Source: Marsupella aquatica
Taxonomy: Eukaryota > Plantae > Marchantiophyta
NCBI GenBank assembly: GCA_973895155.1
Contig: OZ316893.1
Span: forward strand, 17,949,836-18,013,835
Direction: 5' to 3'
DNA length: 64,000 nt
Numbering within the stretch: position 1 is the stretch's first letter; every line of letters begins with the position of its first letter. Of this stretch, positions 51,694-61,600 are shown in pieces. The position numbers were made by a program, and so were the translations under genes. The notes below the pieces were generated by a model that searched no databases, was not told the origin of the DNA, and saw nothing but the letters and a program-made list of their open reading frames with translations.

Positions 51694-54666
51694 CTAAATG
51701 GAAGACTCATAGTACCGTTTAATCCTAAACCCATTGATTCTAGTGTTAAGTGGGTGACCATCTAAGGTAGTCAATGAAACTGAACCATTATCCCAGATGT
51801 GTGTAACTCGGTAAGGACCAATCCAATGAGTATGAAGTTTCCCAGGAAATAGCATATAACGAGAATCAAAGACTAATGCTAAATCACCAACATCTAACTG
51901 CACTACGCGCAGCTTCTTATCATAAGCAAGTTTACGCTGGTTCTGAATGGTGACTGTATGGTCTAATGCTAAAAGTCTAACTTCTTCTAATTTAACAATA
52001 TTGGAAAACCGATGTGAGAGACTATCTGAAGGAGAGAGTCGGTGTGGTACCAAGATACGTTCCGTTGGTAACGAAAATTCTATTGGAATAATACTATTCA
52101 GGCCATAGGTCAGATAGAAGGGGGTGTGAAGAGTTGTAATCTTCTCAGCGGTGCGGTAAGCCCATAATGCAGAATGGAGCTTCACATCCCAATCTGTCTT
52201 GTGAGATTCTACCATTTTATTCAGAATCTTGCCCATAATGCCATTAGCTCTCTCGGTTAAGCCATTAGCTCGGGGGTTGTAAGGAGTAGTTTTGCGATGC
52301 TTGATAAGATAAAGGTCAGTGATTAACTCAATAGTTGAGTTAAGAAAATGCAAACCCCTATCGCTTACCAACTCCAAAGGACAACCAAACCGGGTGATAA
52401 TGTGCTCAAAGAGAAATGCAGCTGCGGTTATAGCATCATTCTTGCGAGTAGCTTTCGCCTCTACCCATTTGGTGGCATAATCAGTGGCCAGAATAATATA
52501 TTTGCTTCGGCTTTTCCGAGCTGCTGGAGAAATTGGGCCAATAAAATCAATCCCCCATTTCTCAAATGGTGCCAACGGAAGGATAGGCGTAAGAGGCCAT
52601 TTGGAACTAGCAGTGGGCTTCCCGATCCTTTGACAGGGATCACAGGTCTTAATAAAATTGTAAGTATCTCGATGCATAGTAGGCCACCAGTATCCAGCAT
52701 CCAAAATTTTCTTAACTGTGGTATTCACAGCATAATGCCCACCGGTTTCTCCTGAATGTAAAGCTTCAATTACTTGGGGAAGTTCCCTATCCTCTAGACA
52801 ACGTCGTAATTGTTGATCAGGACCTTGTTTAAACAAAGTGCCCCGAATAATGGTATAGGGACCCACCTTATGAGCAAAGACAGCTCGTTCTTCCGCATTA
52901 AAGCCTTCAGGGAACGTTCCATGAAGCAGCATGTGCACAATATTAAAATATCGAGAAGACTCCCCTTCAATGTGCCACAAATGCTCGTCAGGAAATTCAT
53001 CGGAGAGATTATGCTGATTCTCCGGACCAGGTAACCGAGATAGGAAGTCTGCATTCTCATGATGTTTGCCAGGTCGGACATGAACTTCATAATCAAATTC
53101 TTGGAGTAGTAAAACCCAGCGGGCTACTCGTCCTGAGAGATCCACTTGGTTAACCAAATATTTTAAGGAATTATGATCAGTGTGAAAAGTAACCTGATAC
53201 CCCAACAAATAGTGACGAAATTTCTTACACGCAAAGACGATGGCCAAAGCTTCCCGTTCAGTGACGGAGTAGTTTTTCTCGGCTGCACTTATTTGGCGGC
53301 TGGCATAGTAAATTGGATGGTCACGGTTTTCCACATCCTTCTGACTGAGATTAGCTCCAATGCAGAACGCAGAAGAGTCAATGAAGACATGAAACTTCTT
53401 AGTCCAATCTGGGGGTGACAAAATAGGTGCAGAGATTAACCGATCCTTGAGCAACTGGAATGCTTGCTGCCGCTCCTCATTCCATGTATATTCCACATCA
53501 CTTTTTAACAGTTGGGTTAAGGGTAAGGCAATATTAGCATGTTTATAAATGAACCGACGATAATACCCCACATGTCCCAGAAAAGCACGAAGCTGCTTTA
53601 AATCGGTCGGTGGTTGCAACTCCATAATTACTCTAACCTTCTCTGTATCAACCTCAATGCCGCGTTGTGAAATAACATGGCCTAACAAAATTCCCTCCTT
53701 CATACCAATAAAGCACTTTTCTGGATGAAGACACAACTGAGCCTCTCTACACTTCTGAAATGTCTTCTCCAAATGGACGAGGTGTTCAGCCGCTGACCCG
53801 TAAACACAAAAGTCGTCAATAAAAATCTCCATGAAATGCCGCAAATATTCTTGAAAAATAATCATCATAATGCGCTGAAAAGTACCCGGGGCATTACACA
53901 GCCCAAAAGGCATCATGGTAAATGCATATGTACCCCAGTCGGTGGTGAACGTAGTCTTGTCGCGATCCTCCTTCCGAATGGACACCTGGTTATAACCAGA
54001 GTACCCATCTAAAAAACTGTATAACTCATGCAAGGCCACTGAATCAAGTACCAGATCAATAAATGGCAAAGGATAATGATCTTTCCGAGTGGCAGCATTC
54101 AACTTCCGGAAGTCTTGACAAACGCGAATTTTCGTTTTACCATCGGGTCCCGGCTTTTTGGGGACAATGACAATTGGTGAGACCCATTCACTACTCAAGA
54201 CCGGGTAGATAAATCCAGCAGTCGTGAGCTTGTCCAACTCGTCTTTAACCAGGATGGAATATTTGGGATTCAAACGGTACTGTCTCTGTCGGACAGGTAC
54301 TGCTCCTTCCATAAGGTCAATACGATGTTCGCCCAAATGTGGATGGATACCTTTTAAATCAGAATGACTCCAGGCAAAGACATCTTTATATTGGGTTAAT
54401 AAACTGATATACTGTTCCCGTAGCTCTCCTTCGATATGCTTACCAATATTCAAAAACTTGCCTGGCTCAATTTCGATTTTCTGACAAGCTTTTGGATCCA
54501 CAATTCCATCCGTGAGGTTTGCCGGCTGAAGTCCAAGTTTGGATACTTCTGGTGCAAATGGCTCAAGGGTAGCTGACACTCCCATATCATGGTGTAAATC
54601 CCTATTAGCCTCAGTATTAGGAGGTTCGTCTGCTGCTGGGCCCACTTCCGATGATGAAGTTAATTG
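51694..54666 (-). CDS. pol: RT-RNase H-integrase, in frame with gag-PR after a single TGA
   Basis: LDGYSGYNQ, MPFGLCNAP, FIDDF, EREALAIVFA, TDHNSL, an HHCC finger (HSGETGGH...CDPC), WGIDF/SDRG/TERAN and GPY. Confidence 0.95.
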   Translation of the reverse strand, partial: QLTSSSEVGPAADEPPNTEANRDLHHDMGVSATLEPFAPEVSKLGLQPANLTDGIVDPKACQKIEIEPGKFLNIGKHIEGELREQYISLLTQYKDVFAWSHSDLKGIHPHLGEHRIDLMEGAVPVRQRQYRLNPKYSILVKDELDKLTTAGFIYPVLSSEWVSPIVIVPKKPGPDGKTKIRVCQDFRKLNAATRKDHYPLPFIDLVLDSVALHELYSFLDGYSGYNQVSIRKEDRDKTTFTTDWGTYAFTMMPFGLCNAPGTFQRIMMIIFQEYLRHFMEIFIDDFCVYGSAAEHLVHLEKTFQKCREAQLCLHPEKCFIGMKEGILLGHVISQRGIEVDTEKVRVIMELQPPTDLKQLRAFLGHVGYYRRFIYKHANIALPLTQLLKSDVEYTWNEERQQAFQLLKDRLISAPILSPPDWTKKFHVFIDSSAFCIGANLSQKDVENRDHPIYYASRQISAAEKNYSVTEREALAIVFACKKFRHYLLGYQVTFHTDHNSLKYLVNQVDLSGRVARWVLLLQEFDYEVHVRPGKHHENADFLSRLPGPENQHNLSDEFPDEHLWHIEGESSRYFNIVHMLLHGTFPEGFNAEERAVFAHKVGPYTIIRGTLFKQGPDQQLRRCLEDRELPQVIEALHSGETGGHYAVNTTVKKILDAGYWWPTMHRDTYNFIKTCDPCQRIGKPTASSKWPLTPILPLAPFEKWGIDFIGPISPAARKSRSKYIILATDYATKWVEAKATRKNDAITAAAFLFEHIITRFGCPLELVSDRGLHFLNSTIELITDLYLIKHRKTTPYNPRANGLTERANGIMGKILNKMVESHKTDWDVKLHSALWAYRTAEKITTLHTPFYLTYGLNSIIPIEFSLPTERILVPHRLSPSDSLSHRFSNIVKLEEVRLLALDHTVTIQNQRKLAYDKKLRVVQLDVGDLALVFDSRYMLFPGKLHTHWIGPYRVTHIWDNGSVSLTTLDGHPLNTRINGFRIKRYYESSI

Positions 54667-57600
54667 TCAGGAGGGCCTAGTTGGTTTTATGGGAGCATCA
54701 GACAGATAAACTTCCAAGTAACGAACTTCCTCCAGTTCAAATTCCAATGGCTGCAGGACTAGCGAAGAGGTCGAAAAATCCGAGGTGTACCCATCATCTG
54801 TTTGTGTTTCTCCAAAATGTGGTTCCGGAACCCAACTAACAGTCACCTTAGGCTTCCCAAATGAAAGCTCTTGAGATTGCCAATTAACCTGAACTTGAGC
54901 CTTATACAACCATGGTCGGCCTAACAAAACAGGAAAGCTGGATGGTATTTCCGGATTAATAACCACATAATCCAACAGAAAAGGGACACCAGCAATCAAA
55001 GTTTCTACTTTGGTCAGCTTCCCTATGGGTACCACACGAGACTGATCCGCCATGCGCAAAATCTTGGGAGTGGGCTCAAACTTAGTGAAACCCAAATTAA
55101 ATGCTGCTGACTGTGTAATCAGATTAACGCTGGCTCCTCCATCCACAGGAACTCTCCGAATGACACACCCCTGGATTTGAACCTCAATTTCCATCGGTCC
55201 TTTGTCCTCCCACTCTGTTCGTAGCACATCCACAGAAGGTAACTTCTTCTTCCTCCGTTTTCCTGCAAGGAGGCTCCTCAGCTGTCGCCTATAAACCGGA
55301 TTGTCCTGTAATAATTCCCCAATGGTGATATGTGCAGGATGATTCTTGACATCTTCAACAATATCATAACCTGGATTTTTCAGTGGCTCTTTAGCTTTGA
55401 CTACTACTGGTGGGTTAGGAGATTGCACTTGCTCCTTAACTAGCTCTTCCAGATGGTCTTTCACTTCCAAAGAGATGTCGGGCAAGAAGTAATTTGGGTC
55501 ATATCGGTCATAAGCAGGGTCGTCTTCTTTGTCGAGGCCTTCCTTACATGGCTTGCGCCCTTCATCCTTGGGAGCTTTCGCGACCTTCTGATGCTCGTGC
55601 TTCTTGGTCTCCTTTTTCTTCGAACGAGTAGTTGCGTAAATATTAGTCAGAACTTTATCCCGATTCTGAACTCGATCATTCGGCATACCAACTACTTCAG
55701 GTTTCACTAAATGACTTACCAAGACATCAGGCACCACCCCGGATACTGGTTGATGAAAAAGTGAATCTGGCTTTAATTCCACCCGATTTACATCCATATG
55801 TTGAATGAAGCTGCATTGCTCCATCTCTTCAGAATAAACCATCCGAATCTTGGCTTCAGGTCGACTTGCTTCTTTAATTGGCTCTTGAGCAAATCGAACC
55901 ATCAGCCTAGGCTTAGCCGGATTCGGGCATTCCACCGGTAAGTGTCCTTCTTTTCCACAGTTCCCACAGACAGGTGTATACCCCACCTCCTGTTTGGGAT
56001 AAGGGCACTGGGGTGAATAATGATCAGGTTGGCCACAATTCCAACAAGCCCCTTTTTGACGCGGCATTCCTCGTGGTGGGTATCCTCCCGGGGGTCCCAT
56101 GGGTGGTCTTGACGTTGGTTTATTGAAAGTGGGCTTAGGTGGTCCCCAAGTCGGTCTGGAAGCAGGAGGTGGTGGGAAATACTGTCCAGGGGGTGCTGTT
56201 TGGACGGTATACGCGGGATCGTACTCATACTCCTCAGCCTCTTCTTGACCATCTACATAATTCACCGGGGTTCGTAATGTGGGGCACTCGTTCGGGTAAT
56301 GGCCCTGCTGACTGCATCGGGTGCACCATACGTTCATTCTCATGGGAGCAGGCAACCTTTGTACTGGTTTTACCGCGGCGATATTGACATTCAACTTGGA
56401 CAATTGGCCAGAGAGTTCTTCCATCATGCGATCCATCTTCTTCTGGTTGGGAACTTTATTATTCCCTTTTACAGAGGATTTCTTCTTTTTAGGAGCAACG
56501 GATTCTGAGTCGGAACTTGAGCCTGAACTATCACTAGTGCTCGAATTTGTACTCTCGTCCTCCTCACTAGTGCTACTTTCACTTGATTCCGTCTCCGAGT
56601 CAGATTTAGACCTGGACGTTTTCTTCTTCTTTCTTTTGTCTTTCTTCAGGTCCTTCTTAACTCGTTTTCTCTCTGAAATCTCCGAGTCTACGTACTTCTG
56701 GGCTGCCTCTTGTACTTCTTCCAAAGTGGTGCCACCTTCTCGTCTCACGTAACGAGCAATCCTGGAGGGTAAACCGTTAATAAACCAGTCCTTGATAGTA
56801 GATTTCGAGGTAGCTGGATTATATTGATCTACCAAATCCAATAATTTGTCGGCATATTTCCTCACAGACCCATGTTTCTTCATGTGCAGATGTGAGATTC
56901 GGGCAAAGGCACGCGCAGCTGCTCCTTCTTCTTTATATTTGGCCAAGAAAGCAGCCTTCAATTTCCCCCAATCCTGCTTGTCCGGAAAACGGTCATACCA
57001 TTTCTGAGCACCCTTTTTCATTAGACCACCAAACAGATTGGCTTTTTCAGCGTCTTGACTCTGTCCATTGGATGCAGCTGCAGCTTCAAATTCTTTCAAA
57101 TACACCTCTGCATCCTCCTTGGAAGTACCGAAGAACCGGTCGTACCTCACATTATTTCGAGCCATCGTGGTTGGAGCTAGGAGGGTAACGAAAGGAAGAG
57201 CTGATCGGGTAGCAAATGGGTTTGGGCTGCCCAAGCCTGAACTGCTGCTTGTCTCACTAGAAGACGAACCACCGGCTTCACTCAGTGGTTCTGGATTATC
57301 CAATTGTGAAAGATCGACAGAATTATCTTGGGCCAGCGATTCTACAACTGTATTCTCGGGCAAACCCAAATTTCTTCCTTCGGTATGAGATAAGGCCCTC
57401 TCAGTGGTACTATCCACACCAGAGTCAATTTGGTTCACCGAACGTACTGTCTGCTGGCGGAGCTTGGTCTTTTGAGAACCAATAAGTTTTGGACCTGAAC
57501 GAAGATTTACAAACAGGGGTCGGGTCGACGTGGGCCTTTCCAAAGAGCCACTTGCCTCTTGAATAGATCCCACTTGTTTCCACACACTACCCGGTGCAGG

Positions 57601-57720
57601 TGCTCCTGGTGACTGGAATTCGGGTAACAATGTGCGAGGGGTCACTACTAATTTTGCAGCATCCGAATTACTGGAGGTCTTGGTAGGTTTTCTTTTATTC
57701 GGTGGATCTCCCTCAGACAT
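54667..57720 (-). CDS. gag: Gag-protease polyprotein with three CCHC zinc knuckles
   Basis: Retrotransposon gag core (AQKWYDRF...WGKLKAAFLAKY...FINGL); knuckles CTRCSQQGHYPNEC, CWNCGQPDHYSPQC and CGNCGKEGHLPVEC; protease VDGGASVNLI...LLGRPWL. Confidence 0.95.
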   Translation of the reverse strand: MSEGDPPNKRKPTKTSSNSDAAKLVVTPRTLLPEFQSPGAPAPGSVWKQVGSIQEASGSLERPTSTRPLFVNLRSGPKLIGSQKTKLRQQTVRSVNQIDSGVDSTTERALSHTEGRNLGLPENTVVESLAQDNSVDLSQLDNPEPLSEAGGSSSSETSSSSGLGSPNPFATRSALPFVTLLAPTTMARNNVRYDRFFGTSKEDAEVYLKEFEAAAASNGQSQDAEKANLFGGLMKKGAQKWYDRFPDKQDWGKLKAAFLAKYKEEGAAARAFARISHLHMKKHGSVRKYADKLLDLVDQYNPATSKSTIKDWFINGLPSRIARYVRREGGTTLEEVQEAAQKYVDSEISERKRVKKDLKKDKRKKKKTSRSKSDSETESSESSTSEEDESTNSSTSDSSGSSSDSESVAPKKKKSSVKGNNKVPNQKKMDRMMEELSGQLSKLNVNIAAVKPVQRLPAPMRMNVWCTRCSQQGHYPNECPTLRTPVNYVDGQEEAEEYEYDPAYTVQTAPPGQYFPPPPASRPTWGPPKPTFNKPTSRPPMGPPGGYPPRGMPRQKGACWNCGQPDHYSPQCPYPKQEVGYTPVCGNCGKEGHLPVECPNPAKPRLMVRFAQEPIKEASRPEAKIRMVYSEEMEQCSFIQHMDVNRVELKPDSLFHQPVSGVVPDVLVSHLVKPEVVGMPNDRVQNRDKVLTNIYATTRSKKKETKKHEHQKVAKAPKDEGRKPCKEGLDKEDDPAYDRYDPNYFLPDISLEVKDHLEELVKEQVQSPNPPVVVKAKEPLKNPGYDIVEDVKNHPAHITIGELLQDNPVYRRQLRSLLAGKRRKKKLPSVDVLRTEWEDKGPMEIEVQIQGCVIRRVPVDGGASVNLITQSAAFNLGFTKFEPTPKILRMADQSRVVPIGKLTKVETLIAGVPFLLDYVVINPEIPSSFPVLLGRPWLYKAQVQVNWQSQELSFGKPKVTVSWVPEPHFGETQTDDGYTSDFSTSSLVLQPLEFELEEVRYLEVYLSDAPIKPTRPS

Positions 57721-58914
57721 CCCTCATTCTCCAAGCACGGGTGATTTTGAGACACCAGACCCGCTCCTCAGGAGTCTTTATGCAAGGAGTCACCATTTAG
57801 GTGCGACGTTATCACCCCACTCCGGGAGATATGAACCTGCTTCCTCAAAGTGACTTCCCGTAGCGTCGTTCAACATCCCTTGCATGATTCCTCCCCCTTG
57901 CTATCCCGTAGCTAATACTTCCCTTCAGTGACCAGCCGAGATTCTAAAACCTCGTTTTCTCTGGTGCGTCCTTCAGGTTGAGACGCGGAAAGGCACACCA
58001 GAAGCGTCGCGCACGTTGGTTCGTCACAGATTCCACCGGACGCTGCTCACAGCGTCCACTGGGATCGGACGCTACTCGAAGCGTCCTGACTTGCGGAATC
58101 TTCTGGGACGAATCGCATTGGACGCTCTTCGCGGCGTCCTTCCTTATCTCCTTTACGGTGGCGATTACTGGAACCGGGCGTTCCCCATAATCTCCGACTT
58201 CCTTCACCCTGAAATTTCTTTACCACATGGTACGCTACACTAGGCCATCCTACTAATCAGAAGTCTAACTCCTTCCTAATCTTCTACGCAATTCCTGGTG
58301 CATGATTCTTTCCGCTAACTCCCGAATGGAAATGACTAAATATCTCTCCTGTGTGATCCTACCATTCAGCCTTAATATTACTAAATGCAAACTTTCATCT
58401 TCCCACCAGGTGATAGTTAACCAATGTATGCCATTCCTCCCTCTCAGGCTCAGAACCCAAGAATTAACATAACGATTCCTCAAATTCCTAATTCTTAATG
58501 TTCCCAAAGATCGGATAGGTGGCATCGGTCACACGAACCAGGATGGTTGGACAATTTTACAAATCATACGTCCCGAGCAACGTTAGAATAACTTCACTTG
58601 TCACTCAAAGTGTCTTTGGTGTCTTCGACTATCTCCAAAGCAACTTGACGAGCAACAGCTCCTCTCTGTGAGGCCTTTTCTGGTGGGAGGGCGGTTTCTT
58701 CTCTTAAGTTTGGCACCACAAATTTTTCCAATACTCTTAAGAGAGCTTCCGGGGCGCTTTGGATAGAGTACGGCATCACCTCGAAATGGAAGCTCTTCAT
58801 CTTTTTAACTGGAGTGATGACGCATCTTCACAATTATAGTAGAACGTGAATTCCTCTCCCGTCTAGCTCCTTCTGGCATACACTGCCTGTACGTCAATTC
58901 AATCTTAAATTCGT

Positions 58915-58932
58915 TCCCCGGCAGCGGCGCCA
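58915..58932 (-). promoter_or_regulatory. Primer-binding site, tRNA-Asp type (Athila-like)
   Basis: The minus strand reads TGGCGCCGCTGCCGGGGA, 6 nt from the LTR end. Confidence 0.9.
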
Positions 58933-58938
58933 AAAAGA

Positions 58939-60330
58939 TGTCGTATAGTGCTAAGTATCAAAAGTGACTCTTCTCACCTAAAACCAGGGTTTCGATCCCT
59001 TTAAGAACAGATTTCAGAATGAATTGTATAACTTTTATCACTCCGAGTGATTTAGAGTCTTGAGCTCTATGTTGACTTCACTTCTCAATAAAAAAAAATC
59101 GAATAAACAAACAACAAAGTAACTGAACTTCTGATTTATGAATTAGAGAAGAAATGAGTAAGGATTTAGAGACTACAAGCTGCTACTGCCACTCCTTCAG
59201 AAAGGATTTGGGCTCAGTATAGACATGAAATCTATCTCATAATTCATCCATCTCACTCTTCAAAACACAAAGGTTAATGATAATGGAATTCTCAATCTGA
59301 TGAAGCAGAAGCTTTCTGATTGCAAATGAATGATATGATTTAAAATGCCGTCAACATGGTTTGACATCAGCGATACACAATTCAGTCAAACTCTAAACCA
59401 TATTCCAGAATCAAAGCAACAGTACTAACTACTCTGAGAATCAGAATTTACTTCTCATTTATCATTAACTATTCTTGAATTGGCTAGCGAATCCCGACTC
59501 TGCAAGCAAGCCTAGCAGTGAATTCAATACGAGTTTCAGAAATCTGCAACTGAATTCAATCACCACAGGAATCTCTTGAATTCAATCTTAACTTCAATCA
59601 ATATAGCTTTACTTCCATACAAAACACTCACAGCATGCCTTGTTACAATGGAAGGAGGAGAAAACTATTCAGAAGACTCAATTCTGAATACAGTATTAAC
59701 TCTATTTCTCTCTACTTCAAATGAGCATTCTACTCTGTCTTATAAGTGCTGGAATCCTAAAATGGAGGAGGTAAGAACAGTCGTGCCTTTCCAAGCTTAA
59801 AACTAAACAAGGGAGAAGCACAGCATAAGTACTTCAACAAGGGTGGTAGAATACTACTTTACTAGTAATCTACTTCAAAAACTAAGTGTTGAGCGGACGC
59901 TGCTAGAAGCGTCGGGAGAATCTGGACGCTGCTAGAAGCGTCTTAAGTAAAACCAACGGACGCTGCTCACACTGCTCACAGCGTCAATACTAGGGTGGAC
60001 GCTGCTCACAGCGTCGTGTGTTGAAGCTGACGCTTTCCACAGCGTCGGTCGAAATCCTCATAGAGTCTTGGTGGCGGTCGGGCGCTGCCAAAAGCGTCAT
60101 GAGGAGGTTGGACGCTTCCGCAGCGTCTTGAGTAAAAGAAACGGGCGCTGGTCACAGCGTCGGGCAAAGTACACTAGGAATCGTCAGGAAAGCCGGAGAT
60201 GTCAAATATTTCTATAAGTGTCCAGAACAAGTAAATGTTGGCCGGAAGGTGTCTAAAGTGTAAGTAAATCTTGTGATATGCTAAAAATAAACAAGTTTCC
60301 AGAAAAAATTGCAGGGACACCCATACCACA
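58939..60330 (-). repeat. 5' LTR
   Basis: Direct repeat of 46775-48166, followed on the minus strand by the PBS. Confidence 0.97.
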
Positions 60331-61600
60331 ACAAGCGTACCACTCGATGATGATTTTGATGTGGCTAGCAAAGTATGCCTTTTTGCCAAGGTACAAAGTC
60401 TTTCTTCTCCGCTCCATCTCCTCATGGAACTTCTTGACGAAGAAGGACGCCCACTTCCTGGGCCGATAGTTCTCCACCTGGATGACCTGGGCGGCCGATA
60501 TTTTGCCTCTGGGTTCCATCATGTGGAGGGCATACCGCTGGAACTCCAAGCGTTCTGCCACTTCTGGTATGAGGCACGTTCTCACTAAGAATTCGTTGTC
60601 CACTGCTCCCTCAGTCGGGAAGCTAGAAGACTGGTATTTAGCTCCCTTTCCCCTAGGAGCTCGCAACTCTACCCGGTTTATCCCCTCGGGTAGGCCAAAA
60701 ATCATCTTCAAATGTGCCTCATTGAGACACATCAATCTCCCGTGCGCTCGGGTTTGTTGACGGGCCTCGTTGAAGTTCTGAATGAACTCCGTCATATCCT
60801 GCCCGTAGTACCTGCTTCCGTTCCAAGGGAGAGAGGCGAGGTGCTCAAACCCTTGGGTCTTCAGATAGCATGCATGCTTGGGGTGGAGGATATTCTTATG
60901 AACATTGTCCCCCATGCGATGCATGGTCAGCTTGGCTACCCCAACCGTGGCCAAAGGCAACCCAGATACGGCTGCGGGTTCCTTCCTCTTCCTACCCCGA
61001 GACTGATTCCCGGGGTGACTAGAAGAAGGGGACATCTCTCCTTCCTCTCGATCAGGTGGTGGTAGCGCGACTGCCGTGAGTATTGGTGCCGGGGCCGCTA
61101 GAGTTACCGTGTTATCCCCTCGGGCTTGCTGGAGTGATGCTGGGTTGTTTGGCGCTTGTTGAGTTGTACCCCGCGGCCGTCGATTTAGAGGAGGGTGAGC
61201 CTCCTCGTCTTTGGAGCTAATATTCACCGCATTCACCATAGATCATACTCGGAGAGGTGGTGGGACCGGTGGCGGGGACCGGCTTGGCTGAGGCCGAGGA
61301 GGTGTAGGTGCGGGTATGGGCACGGGTTGGCCGGCACTAGTCATTGATGGTAGAGTTGCCATGAAGTTCTACAGGTGCCGGTGGAGGTTTTTGGAAGCAA
61401 GTGTAGACGGCCCTGTCGACCGGGTAGTGTTGAACTCACTGTTGATGATAGCCCAGACCCGAGCGGGCATGTGGTCGAAGTGGTGCTGCTGCAAGTCAAT
61501 CGTGCCCAGGATATTGAAGACCTCGTCCGGAAGCCAAAGCAATGCCTCCCAGAAGCCGATGTATTTGCCTCCATCGAAGAAGTACCTTGATATTTCTTTG
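60331..61600 (-). pseudogene. 5' half of the element F accessory ORF (Athila ORF1/PMD-like core)
   Basis: YLKTQGFEHLASLPW...MTEFIQNF...AHGRLMCLNEAHLKMIFGLPEG. It is cut at 60331 by the insertion, so the last ~25 aa of track ORF 60253-61239 come from the LTR. Confidence 0.75.

Larger units (their letters stand above)
46775..60330 (-). mobile_element. Intact, very recent Athila-like Ty3/gypsy LTR retrotransposon (13,556 bp)
   Basis: Two 1392-bp TG...CA LTRs, perfect TSD ACAAG (46770-46774 and 60331-60335), PBS, two PPTs, and gag-PR-RT-RH-IN order with no chromodomain. Confidence 0.97.

Noticed and set aside
54640-54720. Ribosomal frameshift between gag and pol
   Set aside because: The two ORFs are in the same frame (24 nt from the TGA to the GTG), so readthrough is the relevant mechanism.
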